Assembly: GCA_034780895.1 (NCBI GenBank)
Contig: JAUZTB010000057.1
Span: 22,382,419-22,446,115 of the forward strand
Direction of reading: 5' to 3'
DNA from: Rhynchobatus australiae
Taxonomy: Eukaryota
Length of the DNA stretch: 63,697 nucleotides
The position numbers and the translations under genes were made by a program. A model generated the notes under the pieces. The model was not told the origin of the DNA. It saw only the letters and a list, made by a program, of their open reading frames with translations, and made no database searches. Every line of letters starts with the position of its first letter. The stretch's first letter is position 1. Positions 25,701-37,724 of this stretch are shown one piece after another.

Positions 25701-26654
25701 ACTGTTCATAGTAAATTCATGTCTCTCTTCCCATTCTAAGACCAGAAATATCAATCTGTATTATGATTACCCATAGAACTTAGCTCCTTAAAGCCTTAAG
25801 AACATGATTACTAGCCCTGTTATTTCACTATGTTTTGACATCATGCCCAGATAATGACCCAAAAGCTTCTAAATTGATTCTGATTTAACTACTAGATTTA
25901 TCTCGTGGCTCACATAATGTTCTATGGACCTTTGTAGAACAGCAGAATAGTAATAACACTTGCCCCCATTTTAGAAACTAACTGTAGATCGTGGAATTAA
26001 GTCATTTTCAGTCCTGAGGGACTGTGGAAGGAGGAAAATTAATTTAAAGAAGAATACAAGAACAAGCAAATAGATTCATGATTTAATAGACTACGTTATC
26101 CTAACCAACTCAGAACAAGATTAAATGTTCAAATGTATATTCCAAGTTTTAAAGTGGGTTGGTTGGAGAAGTCAAGCCCCTAACCAAAACAAGCAAATAA
26201 CAAGGGCATGGCTGGGGTTTAGGTAAATTAGAAAGCACATTCAACAATGATTCCATCTGTCCATTGGATGNNNNNNNNNNNNNNNNNNNNNNNNNNNNNN
26301 NNNNNNNNNNNNNNNNNNNNNNNNNNNNNNNNNNNNNTACATGGTTGTTCTTAGTAATTACGACAGTTTATTGGCAAATGCTAATTTTCTTTAAACCTTC
26401 CAACAAACTCTCTCTCCAAATTGAACAGTTGAAGCCCATAAAATGCTCCCAGCATAGATGCTGGAGTCCATGGACTTCAATAACCATCAACAATGTTCAA
26501 TAGGAGCTATTAGTCATACATGCAAATGCAAAATTAAGAATTATTTACATTTGAATTGTACAGTTTAGCTCTGCTTTCAGATTATCCATTTGGAGATTAA
26601 GCTAACTGCTGGCCTCCAAAACACTACATTGAATTAAACTAGAACCTAGAAAAA

Positions 26655-26845
26655 GGAAAGATCAATGCTGTAGGAAGGATAAACATTGTTTGCCAGTAAC
26701 TCACCTGAGAGTCATCAGAATAATCCCATAGATTCTTTTGCATCCGTCTGGGTGGATGGCAGCATTCCATGGTACTGCCCAGCATCCCCAGAGTGGGACT
26801 TGAACCCACAGCCTTCTGCCTCAAGTGATGGAGCACAGCTGAGGT
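26655..26845 (-). mobile_element. DeuSINE 5' portion (tRNA-like head)
   Basis: GAGTGGGACTTGAACCCACAGCCTTCTGCCTCA is the antisense B-box region of the same family. Confidence 0.55.
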
Positions 26846-26861
26846 AGTAGGGCTAACAATC

Positions 26862-28990
26862 ACAGTATACAGAACAGTACAGCACAGTATGAGCCCTTTA
26901 GCCCACGATGTTGTGCCGACCTATATAAACACCTGCTCTCTGATCAATCTAACCCTTCCCTCCTATGCAGCCCACAACCCTCCAGTTTACTTACATCCAT
27001 GTGCCTAACTGAGAGTCCTTTAAATGTCCCTATTGTATCAGTTTCTACAACCACCCCTGGCAGTGCGTTCCAGGCACCCAGCACTCACTGTGCAAAAAAC
27101 CCACCTCTGACATCTCCCCTAAACTTTCCTCCTCTGACCTGAAACGGATGTCCTCTGGTATTGGCCATTGCCACCCTGGGGAAAAGGTGCTGGCCGTTTA
27201 CTCTATCCATGCCTCTCATATTCTTATACACCTCTATCAAGTCACCTCTTATCCTGCATCGCTCCAAAGAGAAAAGCCCTAGCTCGCTCAACCTTTCCTC
27301 ATAAGACATGTTCACTAATCCAGGCAGCATCCTAATGAATCTCCTCTGCATTCTCCCTAAATCTTCCACATCCTTCTTATAATGAGGAGACCAGAACTGA
27401 ACACAATACCCTTAAGTGTAGTCTAACCAGACTTCTAAAGATCCGCAGCACTACCTCATGGCTCTTGAATTGAATCACCCTCTTAAGCACCCTATCAACT
27501 TGCATGGCAACTTTGAGGGATCTATGGACTTGTACCTCAAGTTCTTTCTGTCCCTCCACACTCCTCAGAATCCTGCCATTAACCTTGTACTCCACCTTCA
27601 AGTTCAATCTTCCGAAGTGTATTGCTTCTCACTTTTCCCAATNNNNNNNNNNNNNNNNNNNNNNNNNNNNNNNNNNNNNNNNNNNNNNNNNNNNNNNNNN
27701 NNNNNNNNNNNNNNNNNNNNNNNNNNNNNNNNNNNNNNNNNNTGTTCCTGCACACTGCTAAGAATCCTGCCATTAACCTTGTACTCTGCCTTCAAGTTCA
27801 TTCTTCCAAAGTGTATCACGTCACACTTTTCCAGATTGAACGCCATCTGCCACTTCTCCGTCCAATTCTACATTCTGTCTATATCCAGTTGTAACCTATG
27901 ACAACCTTGTACACTGTCCACAACACCTCCAACCTTAGTGTCATCTGCAAACTTACTAACCCATCCCTCCACTTCCTCATCCAAGTCATTTATAAAAATC
28001 ATAAAGAGCAGGGGTCCCTGAACAGATCCCTGCGGAACACCACCAGTCACCAACCTCCAGGCAGAATACTCTCGATCTACTACCACCCTCTGTCTTCTGT
28101 GGGCAAGCCAATTCCAAATCCACACAGCCAAGTTTCCCTTGATCCCGTGCCTCATGACTTTCTGGATGAGCCTACCATGGGGAATCTTGTCAAACACCTT
28201 GCCAACATCCATATACACCACATCCACTGCTCTACCTTCAATTTGTTTTGTCACCTCCTCAAAAAACTCAATTAGGCTCATGAGGCACAACCTACCCCTC
28301 ATAAAGCCATGCTGACTATCCCTAATAAGACTATGCTTCTCCAAATGCTCATAGAATCCTCTCCAATAGCTTGCCCACCACTGCCATAAGACTTACTGGT
28401 CTCTAATCCCCAGGATTATCTCTATTACCTTTTTCGAACAAGGGAACATTTGTCATCCTCTAACCCTCTGGTACCACTTCTGTGGCCAGGGAGGATACAA
28501 ATATCATCATTAATGCCCCAGCAATCTCTTCCCTCACCTCCTGTAGTAACCTGGGATATATCTTGTCCAGCCCCACGGACTTATCTATCCTAATGTTTTC
28601 AGAAGCTCCAACACTCCCTTTTTCTTAACCTCAACATGATCCAGCACATTAGCCTGTTCTACACTGACCTCACATTTGTCAAAGTCCCTCTCCCTAGTGA
28701 GCACTGAAGCAAAGTACTCATTAAGGACCCCCACCTCCTCTGCCTCCAGGCACAGGTTTCTCCCTTTATCCGAGTAGTCCTACCCTCAATCTAGTCATCC
28801 TCCTGTTCTTTATGCATGTGTAGAATGGCTTGGGGTTTTCCTTAATTGTACTCGCCAAGGCCTTCTCATGTCCCCTTCTAGCTCTTAAGTTCCTTCTTAA
28901 GCTCTTTCCTGGCTACCTTATAATTCTCAAGAGCACTGACCGATATTTGCTTCCTTTTGCACACCTTAAGTGTGCTTCCTTCTTCCTTGC
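26862..28990 (-). mobile_element. CR1-clade (HER1-like) LINE, ~2.1 kb, 5'-truncated, disrupted ORF2
   Basis: ORF 27868-28344 has SQHGF, VDVVYMD..K.FDKIPH, GVPQGSV.GPLLF.IFINDLD and KFADDTK. ORF 27085-27369 has YEERL..LGLFSLE..R.RGDLIEVYK and TRGH. 3' tail at 26862-26925. Confidence 0.95.
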
Positions 28991-30623
28991 AGAGTACAAC
29001 AGTACTTTGCAACAGTACACTGCAAAGCCTCAGGTATGTACAAGTCTACATAAGGCTGAAATGCTTGGACTCTGATTCCAGTTTGGTTGCAAGTTTGAGG
29101 CCCCACTTTAGAAGGAATGGCAATTCTCAGTCTTTACTTTTTACTGTTCTTTTTGGACCCCATATAAATCAGGGACTGCAGTTACCTTTAATATACTCCT
29201 GACACAAGTATGCTCCTTCTGCATTTAAACTCTGGCCCAAGGGAATTCATTGACAGAACTTACTCAGTTGTTTCCCCATGTATTTCCACTGGAATCCGAA
29301 TCGGTATGGCTTTTGCAGTAGACCANNNNNNNNNNNNNNNNNNNNNNNNNNNNNNNNNNNNNNNNNNNNNNNNNNNNNNNNNNNNNNNNNNNNNNNNNNN
29401 NNNNNNNNNNNNNNNNNNNNNNNNNGACAATATATAAAACTGTAGTGGCCGACCCACTTTCATATCATGGTCAATTTCAAGCTTGGATGCTAATTGATCA
29501 TTTATGATAAACTTTATATATGTGTTTAGAACCACATTGTAAATATCCTGTGCATAGTGGCGTCGGTGCAGACGGTGCTAATGCACGTCTGCACATTACA
29601 GAATGACAAAAAAATCTTTATATTCAAGTGTTTTTATCTACTTCAATAACTTAGTACAGTAAATTGGCTATAATCGTTGTAAAGTTCATTTTATGTGAAG
29701 ATTAAATAAAGTCCTCACCAATGTGATGGAAACTGAAAGAATTTTTCTGTTGTGTATTAGTGACTGTAGCTGGAGTTGCAGTGTGGCATATGATTCATGT
29801 TGCATCCTTTACTTTGCATTGTTGTAAGGAGGTTATTCTTGTTGCATCTCTGAGATATGTGAGCTAACAAAGCAGCAGTCCATTCCCATGAAGTGGCATT
29901 ATATATTGTAGTATTTGCTTTATTTGTTTTGTTTATAAAATCAGTTTGGCATGTGTCCTGTTTTTACTTGTCCTGTTTATACTATCTTTAATTTTTTTTA
30001 TTTTGGAAGAAGAAAATGCTTGTTCTGTTTGTAATGGATGCTGCAATGATATGAATTTTGCCTGAATCTCGTGACCATCTCCACAACTCTCAGCAAGATT
30101 TAGATTGGAACACATTTCACACCGTATGTTGGACTAAGCCCTCTGGAAGAAATGTTTTTATTTGAAATAGGAGTATAATTTCAGAACAATTGTAGGACAA
30201 AGTAAATTATGGTATGAAAATTCATTTTGTGTTGTATGCTTCTCCTCATACCTGCAGCAGATCCCAGAAATGTTTGGGAAAGTGATGCCCATCCACTGAA
30301 ATAGTTTTATGTGTACATCATGATGTTAAAACAATGTGTTTGAAGTAGCCCCTTGCAGTTTCCAAAATGTGAAATCTTATCAATTTATAATCTTGCAATT
30401 GGTTGTTTAATTTGTATTTGTTAGGTTTTTGTTCCATTANNNNNNNNNNNNNNNNNNNNNNNNNNNNNNNNNNNNNNNNNNNNNNNNNNNNNNNNNNNNN
30501 NNNNNNNNNNNNNNNNNNNNNNNNNNNNNNNNNNNNNNNNNNNNNNNNNNNNNNNNNNNNNNNNNNNNNNNNNNNNNNNGAATTGTAGAGGAAATACTGG
30601 GTTTACAGGAACATCAATATTTA

Positions 30624-31012
30624 AAGTGAAACTCTGATAATCTGGCTTCCAATTATTTGGAAATACTGACGGCTGGCAGCTGGCTCACTCATTAGTCTGG
30701 AATGTGAGCCTGGGGTCCATAGTGCAAGCAGGGTGGAGCAGCCAGAGCCAGGGTTGGTGGGGGGGTGGTGGGGGGAGGGTGGTCGCTGGTAACCATCATG
30801 GGTAGGTTTGTTTGTGGCCAGAGCACAGAGTGCTTGTATATTTACTGTCCTTTCTAATTCACCAAGTTTACTGGAAAATGTATTAAACTACTGTGTAACA
30901 TGTTAAAAAAAAATGAAATAATAGTGTTTCAATATTAACAGCCAACGGTTTGGAACATCTACTCGTCTGGCCATATCAAAGTCCCAGGGCCGCTAGATTA
31001 TCAGAGATTTAG
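30624..31012. mobile_element. Tc1/mariner (pogo/Tigger-like) MITE, same family as 2081-2527
   Basis: TIR core CTCTGATAATCTGGC versus GCTAGATTATCAGAG, TA flanks, and TCCAATTATTTGGAAAT subterminal block shared with 2081-2527. Confidence 0.65.
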
Positions 31013-31429
31013 TATCTTCAGCTTCCATTATGGACTTTGAAGGACAATGCAACACGATGGGCGTGACTCTTACAGGGATAATGCACGGTTGCTGCTTAAA
31101 TAAACATTGTCTTGTAGGGCTTATTAACTGTGGTTCATTTAAGAAATTGCTTCATGGCAGAATAAGTCGCTGTCTTACCAAAGGCCATTGTCATCAAACA
31201 AGTGTGGCTTCCAAGAAAGCACATGAATAAAGACAAATCTCAAAAATAAGACCAAGTTTTGCCAGTGACTCAAAATAATAAGCTTTTAAAGACCTGCCAC
31301 TTGCACTGCTGTGACACTGGACTGATCTCTGAAGGATTGAGTAATTACAGAGAATTATCCAAAATACATGGTTGACTGCAGTACTACTTTTCAATCTGGA
31401 AGTTCAAATGAAAATGAAATGATACTATT

Positions 31430-31555
31430 ACTCAGCAGGTAAGGCAGCAACTGTGGAGAGAGAAACCGGTCGTGCATCAGGCCGATGAACTGCCGCTCTC
31501 TATGAAACTGGCTCTCCAGCTGAGTATTTCCAGCATTTTCTGCTTTTTGCTCCTT
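31430..31555. mobile_element. Decayed inverted pair of Penelope-like terminal repeats
   Basis: ACTCAGCAGGTAAGGCAGCAACTGTGGAGAGAGAAAC ... GCTGAGTATTTCCAGCATTTTCTG. Confidence 0.55.
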
Positions 31556-33789
31556 CAAAGCCAGCTATACAGACACAAGGAAGTGGCAGAAAAGTGGAAC
31601 CAGTCACCCAATAACCCCACCCTTTCAGACAAGCTATGCCTCCATTAATTGGAGCAAATATCACCTCCCCAATTAAAACTGTCACAGTTCTCTGCCTCCC
31701 CATACCATATGACACTCTGCACCCCAGGGTATACCCACCAATATAGTTCCAGTCTGTATCTCACTCCCATCTCCCACAGTTCAGACTGACAGTATTCTGT
31801 GGTCCTGTGTGTTTCCTTTATTTCATGGACCCACTGGGGGTGGGGAAAGGGGAGAACAAATAGGGCCAGTGGAATCACTGAAAAGAAATGCTTCACGTGT
31901 GATTACAAATGGCATGCAGGTATTTGCCCTGTAACGTTGTGGATATGTACACGTGGTCCCCATTGTTTCATACCGACTCCTACCTCCCCAAACCCTTCAA
32001 TGTAAACTGCTATCTTTGACTTCCTTCCCCGTACTTCATCTTCTCCCTTTCCCCTCAGATCCAGCTGGCCCTCTCCATTCTGGGCACGCTTTCTCTCCGC
32101 TTCAGTAATGCTGAGAACCTCCTCGCTTTCCCTTTGACCACCACTCCTGACTCCTGCCCATCACTGCTGCAGGGATTTGAACATGTGTCCATGTTGTGAG
32201 TGCTCATTCCCAATCACTATGCAGGGACCTGCAATGTCAGAATGCCTTCCTGATATCTTGTTTTGTTATTTCTACTGATGATACCATTGCCTTTATGCTT
32301 GAAATTGAAGTGTCCTTAACCACCTGGTTTCATGCTAGTTTACAGGAGCTGCCTGTATACGTTGGGGGTAATCAATTTTGGAAACAGCTGCATTCAACAC
32401 TTCATTTGTATTATCCATGGGGAATTCCTACCCAAAACACAAACACAAAGGTCACATGGATCTGAATATTCCTTTGTATTTTGGTCTGGGGTTTTATGCT
32501 GATAAAGCTCCTGCAATAATTCCACAAGGACTCGCATCATAATTTTTGATATCCATAGCATTGGGAAAACCAAATTATTTCAAATCCAATAGTAATCATC
32601 TAAAATTCTGACTGTTATCAAAAATGGATTTCTTACTTTACNNNNNNNNNNNNNNNNNNNNNNNNNNNNNNNNNNNNNNNNNNNNNNNNNNNNNNNNNNN
32701 NNNNNNNNNNNNNNNNNNNNNNNNNNNNNNNNNNNNNNNNNNNNNNNNNNNNNNNNNNNNNNNNNNNNNNNNNNNNNNNNNNNNNNNNNNNNNNNNNNNN
32801 NNNNNNNNNNNNNNNNNNNNNNNNNNNNNNNNNNNNNNNNNNNNNNNNNNNNNNNNNNNNNNNNNNNNNNNNNNNNNNNNNNNNNNNNNNNNNNNNNNNN
32901 NNNNNNNNNNNNNNNNNNNNNNNNNNNNNNNNNNNNNNNNNNNNNNNNNNNNNNNNNNNNNNNNNNNNNNNNNNNNNNNNNNNNNNNNNNNNNNNNNNNN
33001 NNNNNNNNNNNNNNNNNNNNNNNNNNNNNNNNNNNNNNNNNNNNNNNNNNNNNNNNNNNNNNNNNNNNNNNNNNNNNNNNNNNNNNNNNNNNNNNNNNNN
33101 NNNNNNNNNNNNNNNNNNNNNNNNNNNNNNNNNNNNNNNNNNNNNNNNNNNNNNNNNNNNNNNNNNNNNNNNNNNNNNNNNNNNNNNNNNNNNNNCCTGA
33201 TGAATATGTTATTTTACTTCATTTCTGCTGGTGATAGATGCATATTGTTGCTACACTCATCTTCACAAGCAGCCTTATGAACTTATATGAACAGCACAAT
33301 AAATTTATAACAAAGGTGCAAGCGCTGAACTAATACGAGGACACATTGTGTAAAATAGTTCTTGTAAGAGTCCATGCATTTTGACATGTGCCCCTTTGTT
33401 AGGGTCACAAGGATTCATAAGCCAGCTGAATGAGCTTTATCTTTTAAAATCTGCTGGCCAGTTAAATCTCATTAACCCCTCCTGTTTAATTTGAATCTAT
33501 GATTTTATTCTGCTGCCAACGTGGCTGATTCCAGTTATCCACTTGTCTTGCTCTTTGTTGACATTTCCTTACACGATTTGATTGATCACATCTGTGCTTT
33601 CATCGAATGTACCTGACTGCAGCTTTTTCCCTGCCCTACTTGTTTTCAAATTCAGGAAATTACACATATGTTCTGCAACACCAACCATTCATTGAAACCT
33701 GTTGTAAACAATATTTGGAAACCCAAACAGTTTGGGCTGCACTACAGCCCCAGGTCCACACCATAGCACTGACATTTTTCTAAATGAAC

Positions 33790-34232
33790 ATATTAACCCT
33801 TGGTCTGTGGTGCCTGATGGCTTACTGAGTACAAACACTGACCACTGGTCTGTGGTGTCTGATGGTTTACTGGGTGCAGACACTGACCCCTGGTCTGTGG
33901 TGTCTGATGGTTTACTGGGTNNNNNNNNNNNNNNNNNNNNNNNNNNNNNNNNNNNNNNNNNNNNNNNNNNNNNNNNNNNNNNNNNNNNNNNNNNNNNNNN
34001 NNNNNNNNNNNNNNNNNNNNCCCTGGTCTGTGGTGTCTGATGGTTTACTGAGGGCAGACACTGACCCCTAGTCTGTGGTGTCTGATGGTTTACTGGGTGC
34101 AGACACTGACCTCTGGTCTGTGGTGTCTGATGGTTTACTGGGTGCAGACACTGACCCCTGGTCTGTGGTGTCTGATGGTTTACTGAGGGCAGACACTGAC
34201 CCCTAGTCTGTGGTGTCTGATGGTTTACTGGG
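33790..34232. repeat. 45-bp minisatellite (3 units, 100-N gap, 5 units)
   Basis: Unit CTGACCCCTGGTCTGTGGTGTCTGATGGTTTACTGGGTGCAGACA; produces the 15-aa repeat in ORF 33689-34321. Confidence 0.95.
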
Positions 34233-35062
34233 AAATGCACTTTTAAACACTGGGAAGACAAAGTGTCATCTTTAGTCTCTTTCATACACTCTATTCCCTC
34301 ACCACGGAGTCCGTTCCTCACAATGCAACTGCCTGAAGCTGAACTGGAGTGTCTGGAAACTTGGCTCTGACTTCATATGCTTGTCTGATAATGCTGTTGC
34401 AAAGCACCCTGGGGTGGTGTTGTTGTTGTAGTCTCAATGGCTGTACATAAATGGAAGTCGTTGCTGGTTTCTTGTGTTGTGCTGTTGTCTTATGGATATT
34501 GTTTGTCACAGTTTTGGTTGGTGGGAGGTGTGGATTTCAGAGCCCCAGTTCGAGAGAGAAACCACATCAAAACCTCAACCCTCATCTTCTGTCACAACCA
34601 GCTGCATGTCACACACTTTATAAAAAGCAGGAGGACCTGTCGCTGCAGCTGTTTTCAAGGAAGGATAATGTCAAAACCATTGCAGAGGGTACGACATCAG
34701 CTTTTGTAAGCCAACAAGGCTTGCAGATATAAAACACAAAAATCCGCAGCAAACTACACTCAAATGGCTAATTCTGATACGCTCAGCAGGCATTACTCCA
34801 TTGCAAATTCTTGCACCAGTGATCTGCACTTACAAGGACAGCATTTTGTTGAATGGCAGTACATGTCTCCAAAGTGCTGCAAACACTCAACGTGACTGTA
34901 TTGTTAAATTCCCCTGCCAAATGCAGAGGCAGGCTGAAGTGTCTGTTTGCATTAAAAGAAAAACTCATACCAGTTTCACACTTAAAAGCAAAAGTTCTGC
35001 CCGCTATTTTCCTTCACAGCTTAACAGCAATATGTCAGGATTTCTCTTCCATTTGAACTTAC

Positions 35063-35741
35063 CCAGGAGGGATGGAAGCCCTTGTGCTGACTACTGCTGA
35101 TCTCTGGGTTCCAGGTCTGTTCAGGTTGTTCTGGCCTGGGATCGGAGTTGTTGTGGTGGTGCTCTGGCTTTGAGAGATGGGAGAAAGCTGTGTGGTGGTT
35201 GGCGAACGGGCCTGTTCGGGCTTTGGAGGGGTGGTCCCGGCTGTGCTCATAGTTGACCACAAGGCTGTGCCATTGTAGGAGTTACTTTGGCGGACAGTCA
35301 GAGTCCCGTTGGTGGCAGAATATATTTTCCGTCGTTGGGACGCCAGGATGGCATTGGAGGCTGCCCTTGTGCTGTTGACGAGGACGCACTGTTGGCAGCT
35401 GCACGGTTGCCCCGACTGTGTGCCAATGGGCCAGGATTGAGATTTAGGGATGGAGCCCATGGTCAAAGGGTAGGCCAAGTCCATGCGTCTCCGCAATCGG
35501 CGCTTACGCTGTGTCTGTCTGTTCATCTGGCACATGCTATTGAAGTCAATAATATAACAGAACCCTAGAGAAGTCAGGTCCAACCATGGATGTTGTTTCT
35601 CATATGCATTCTGGATGGTTATGCAAATATCCATGTCGTACGGAGTCCAGGAACAACTGTCATTTTCCCATTCCCAAACTATGCCTTTCCCTGGAGCTGA
35701 AGAAGGGTCATAAAAATTTCTTCTAACTGGACGCATGGTTC
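35063..35741 (-). CDS. DTX1: Internal coding exon of E3 ubiquitin ligase Deltex-1 (end of WWE1, WWE2 domain, basic RRR stretch, linker up to ...RASIPPG)
   Basis: Translation (G)TMRPVRRNFYDPSSAPGKGIVWEWEND...YDMDICITIQNAYEKQHPWLDL...SIPKSQSWP...QPCSCQQC.LVNSTRAASNAILASQRRK...PGQNNLNRPG...RASIPPG matches vertebrate DTX1 as I recall it. NFYD, GIVW, MDIC and the QPCSCQQC block favour DTX1 over DTX4. Acceptor on minus strand is tatttttcacttttcAG|GAACCATG (phase 1); donor is CCTGG|GTAAGT (phase 2). The ORF-track ATG is internal and its stop lies in the intron. Confidence 0.95.
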
Positions 35742-36639
35742 CTGAAAAGTGAAAAATACAAGAGTTTACTCAATAGCAAATGAAGGAAAGCTCAAATCCC
35801 CTGGCAACTTCACCCACTGAACTGAAGCAGTCCACAGATAGACCCACCCGCCAGCACACACCGCATTACCAGTGTTCTTGTCCAGAGCTCTGAATGGTGA
35901 CGTTTCTCTTTTTTTGGAAGCTGGGGATTAACGCAGGCCTTGGTGGGGGACTTCTGACAAACTATCCATAACACATCAAAAGGCTGTATGATACATTCAT
36001 TGTGGAACAATAAACAAGTAGTGGGTTGCAGAAAATTGCAGCTGGCAATCTAATCATCAACCCGCAGTTCAAAAATTTACCAAAAAAACGTTTTGAAAAA
36101 CTGACATGATGTTCTGCAGATCCTTTATTTAGTTACCGTGGTGTCATGGGGCTAGACATTGTTCTAACTGCTTAGCTGGTAATTTAAACAANNNNNNNNN
36201 NNNNNNNNNNNNNNNNNNNNNNNNNNNNNNNNNNNNNNNNNNNNNNNNNNNNNNNNNNNNNNNNNNNNNNNNNNNNNNNNNNNNNNNNNNNNNNNNNNNN
36301 NNNNNNNNNNNNNNNNNNNNNNNNNNNNNNNNNNNNNNNNNNNNNNNNNNNNNNNNNNNNNNNNNNNNNNNNNNNNNNNNNNNNNNNNNNNNNNNNNNNN
36401 NNNNNNNNNNNNNNNNNNNNNNNNNNNNNNNNNNNNNNNNNNNNNNNNNNNNNNNNNNNNNNNNNNNNNNNNNNNNNNNNNNNNNNNNNNNNNNNNNNNN
36501 NNNNNNNNNNNNNNNNNNNNNNNNNNNNNNNNNNNNNNNNNNNNNNNNNNNNNNNNNNNNNNNNNNNNNNNNNNNNNNNNNNNNNNNNNNNNNNNNNNNN
36601 NNNNNNNNNNNNNNNTTTTTAAAACATCCACTCACAAGA

Positions 36640-37160
36640 GATAGCAAGAGCAGCATTTATTGTCCACCCCTAATTATTCCACATTACTAGTAAGGCCCTA
36701 GTAATTATTGCCTATCCCTAATTACCGCTGCATTGCTGATAAAAAAAATTAGCATTTATGGTCTATTCCCAATAACCCCAATATTACTGGCCAGAATTTA
36801 TTGCCTTTCCCCGATGCCCAGGCATCACTAGGCAGACCCCAGCATTTATTGCCCATGCTTAGCTGCCCTGGCATTGCTGGCTAGATCAGCATTTACTGCC
36901 CCTCCCCAATTACCCCTTGAGTTGTTTGCCATTTCAGAGGGAAGTTAAGAATCAACCACATTATTGTGTACCAAGAATCACTTCAGACCAACAGGCAAGG
37001 ATGGTACTTCCCTGCCCTCAGGAGCTTTGGTGAGTGAAAGTCTGTCAGTTCATGGCCACTAATGCTGAAATTAGCTTTACATTTCAATATTAAGTATAAT
37101 TGCATTTAAATTTCCCTGTTGCTGTGATAGGAGCTAGACTTGGGCCATCAGCTCATGAGT
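36640..37160 (-). mobile_element. Retroposon whose 3' terminal ~47 bp is tandemly amplified about six times (degenerate array 36640-36920)
   Basis: Repeated CATT(A/G)CT(A/G)G...AGCATTTATTGCCCA.CCCTAATT.CC, with the last unit continuing into the element body. The same motif occurs singly at ~39320-39360 and ~46185-46250. Confidence 0.6.
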
Positions 37161-37724
37161 TCAGGCAATGGATTTATAGGCTCCAACCCAAACAGTTTTC
37201 TTCAAACTCCAAACATAAAATACCCCCATTCCCAGTCCTGCTCCACATAACCACCAATAACTTGCTACGTAGGGGCAAGTGGGATCATCTCCTGGTCAGG
37301 TTGTACAAGCTGCTTGCTGACCATGTGACCAGTAAATCACTCAGCACTCCACGTCACCCACATGTGTTTTTTAAAAAAAACTTCTTCAAGTTTAACAGGA
37401 ACTCAAATGAAAGGGTTTTTGCTGGAAAACTTCCTCGTCACTTTCGACACTGGGGTTTGGAGGAGCAGGATACATCAGCAATCTTTCAGAAAGGGACTTT
37501 CTCAGTCAGCAAATGCTGCTGAGTTATACAGCTTACTTTTCCTCCTCAACTGTAAAGAAAACATTTGGAAATTGTTTTCCAATACCTGTAAACAATTCCT
37601 TCAGAACAGAAATGGGATAAAATTGTTGCTTTTTCCAATTATAACAGCAAAATACTGATCAGCACAGAATAACCAAATGATCCACAGCTTGGGTTTCAAT
37701 GCATACCCACTGCATCAAAGTTTA

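Larger units (their letters stand above)
1..35062 (-). other. DTX1: DTX1 intron downstream of the exon (at least 35 kb, extends beyond the window)
   Basis: Begins at the GTAAGT donor. I could not find the expected next exon (VPALPVKNLNGTGPVHPALA-like), RING-H2 exons or DTC exons by eye. An exon could be hidden in an N gap. Confidence 0.7.

Noticed and set aside
29257-29325. Donor-like GA|GTAAGT on the minus strand next to a gap
   Set aside because: No frame resembles Deltex and the acceptor side is unsequenced; cannot be supported.
30251-30294. 44-nt AG...GCAG|GTATGA segment on the minus strand with the phases expected for the next DTX1 exon
   Set aside because: Peptide GWASLSQTFLGSAA has no similarity to VPALPVKNLNGTGPVHPALA and the pyrimidine tract is weak; likely a pseudo-exon.
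33689-34321. 210-aa ORF with 15-aa repeats
   Set aside because: Translation of the 45-bp minisatellite plus an N gap; no evidence of coding function.
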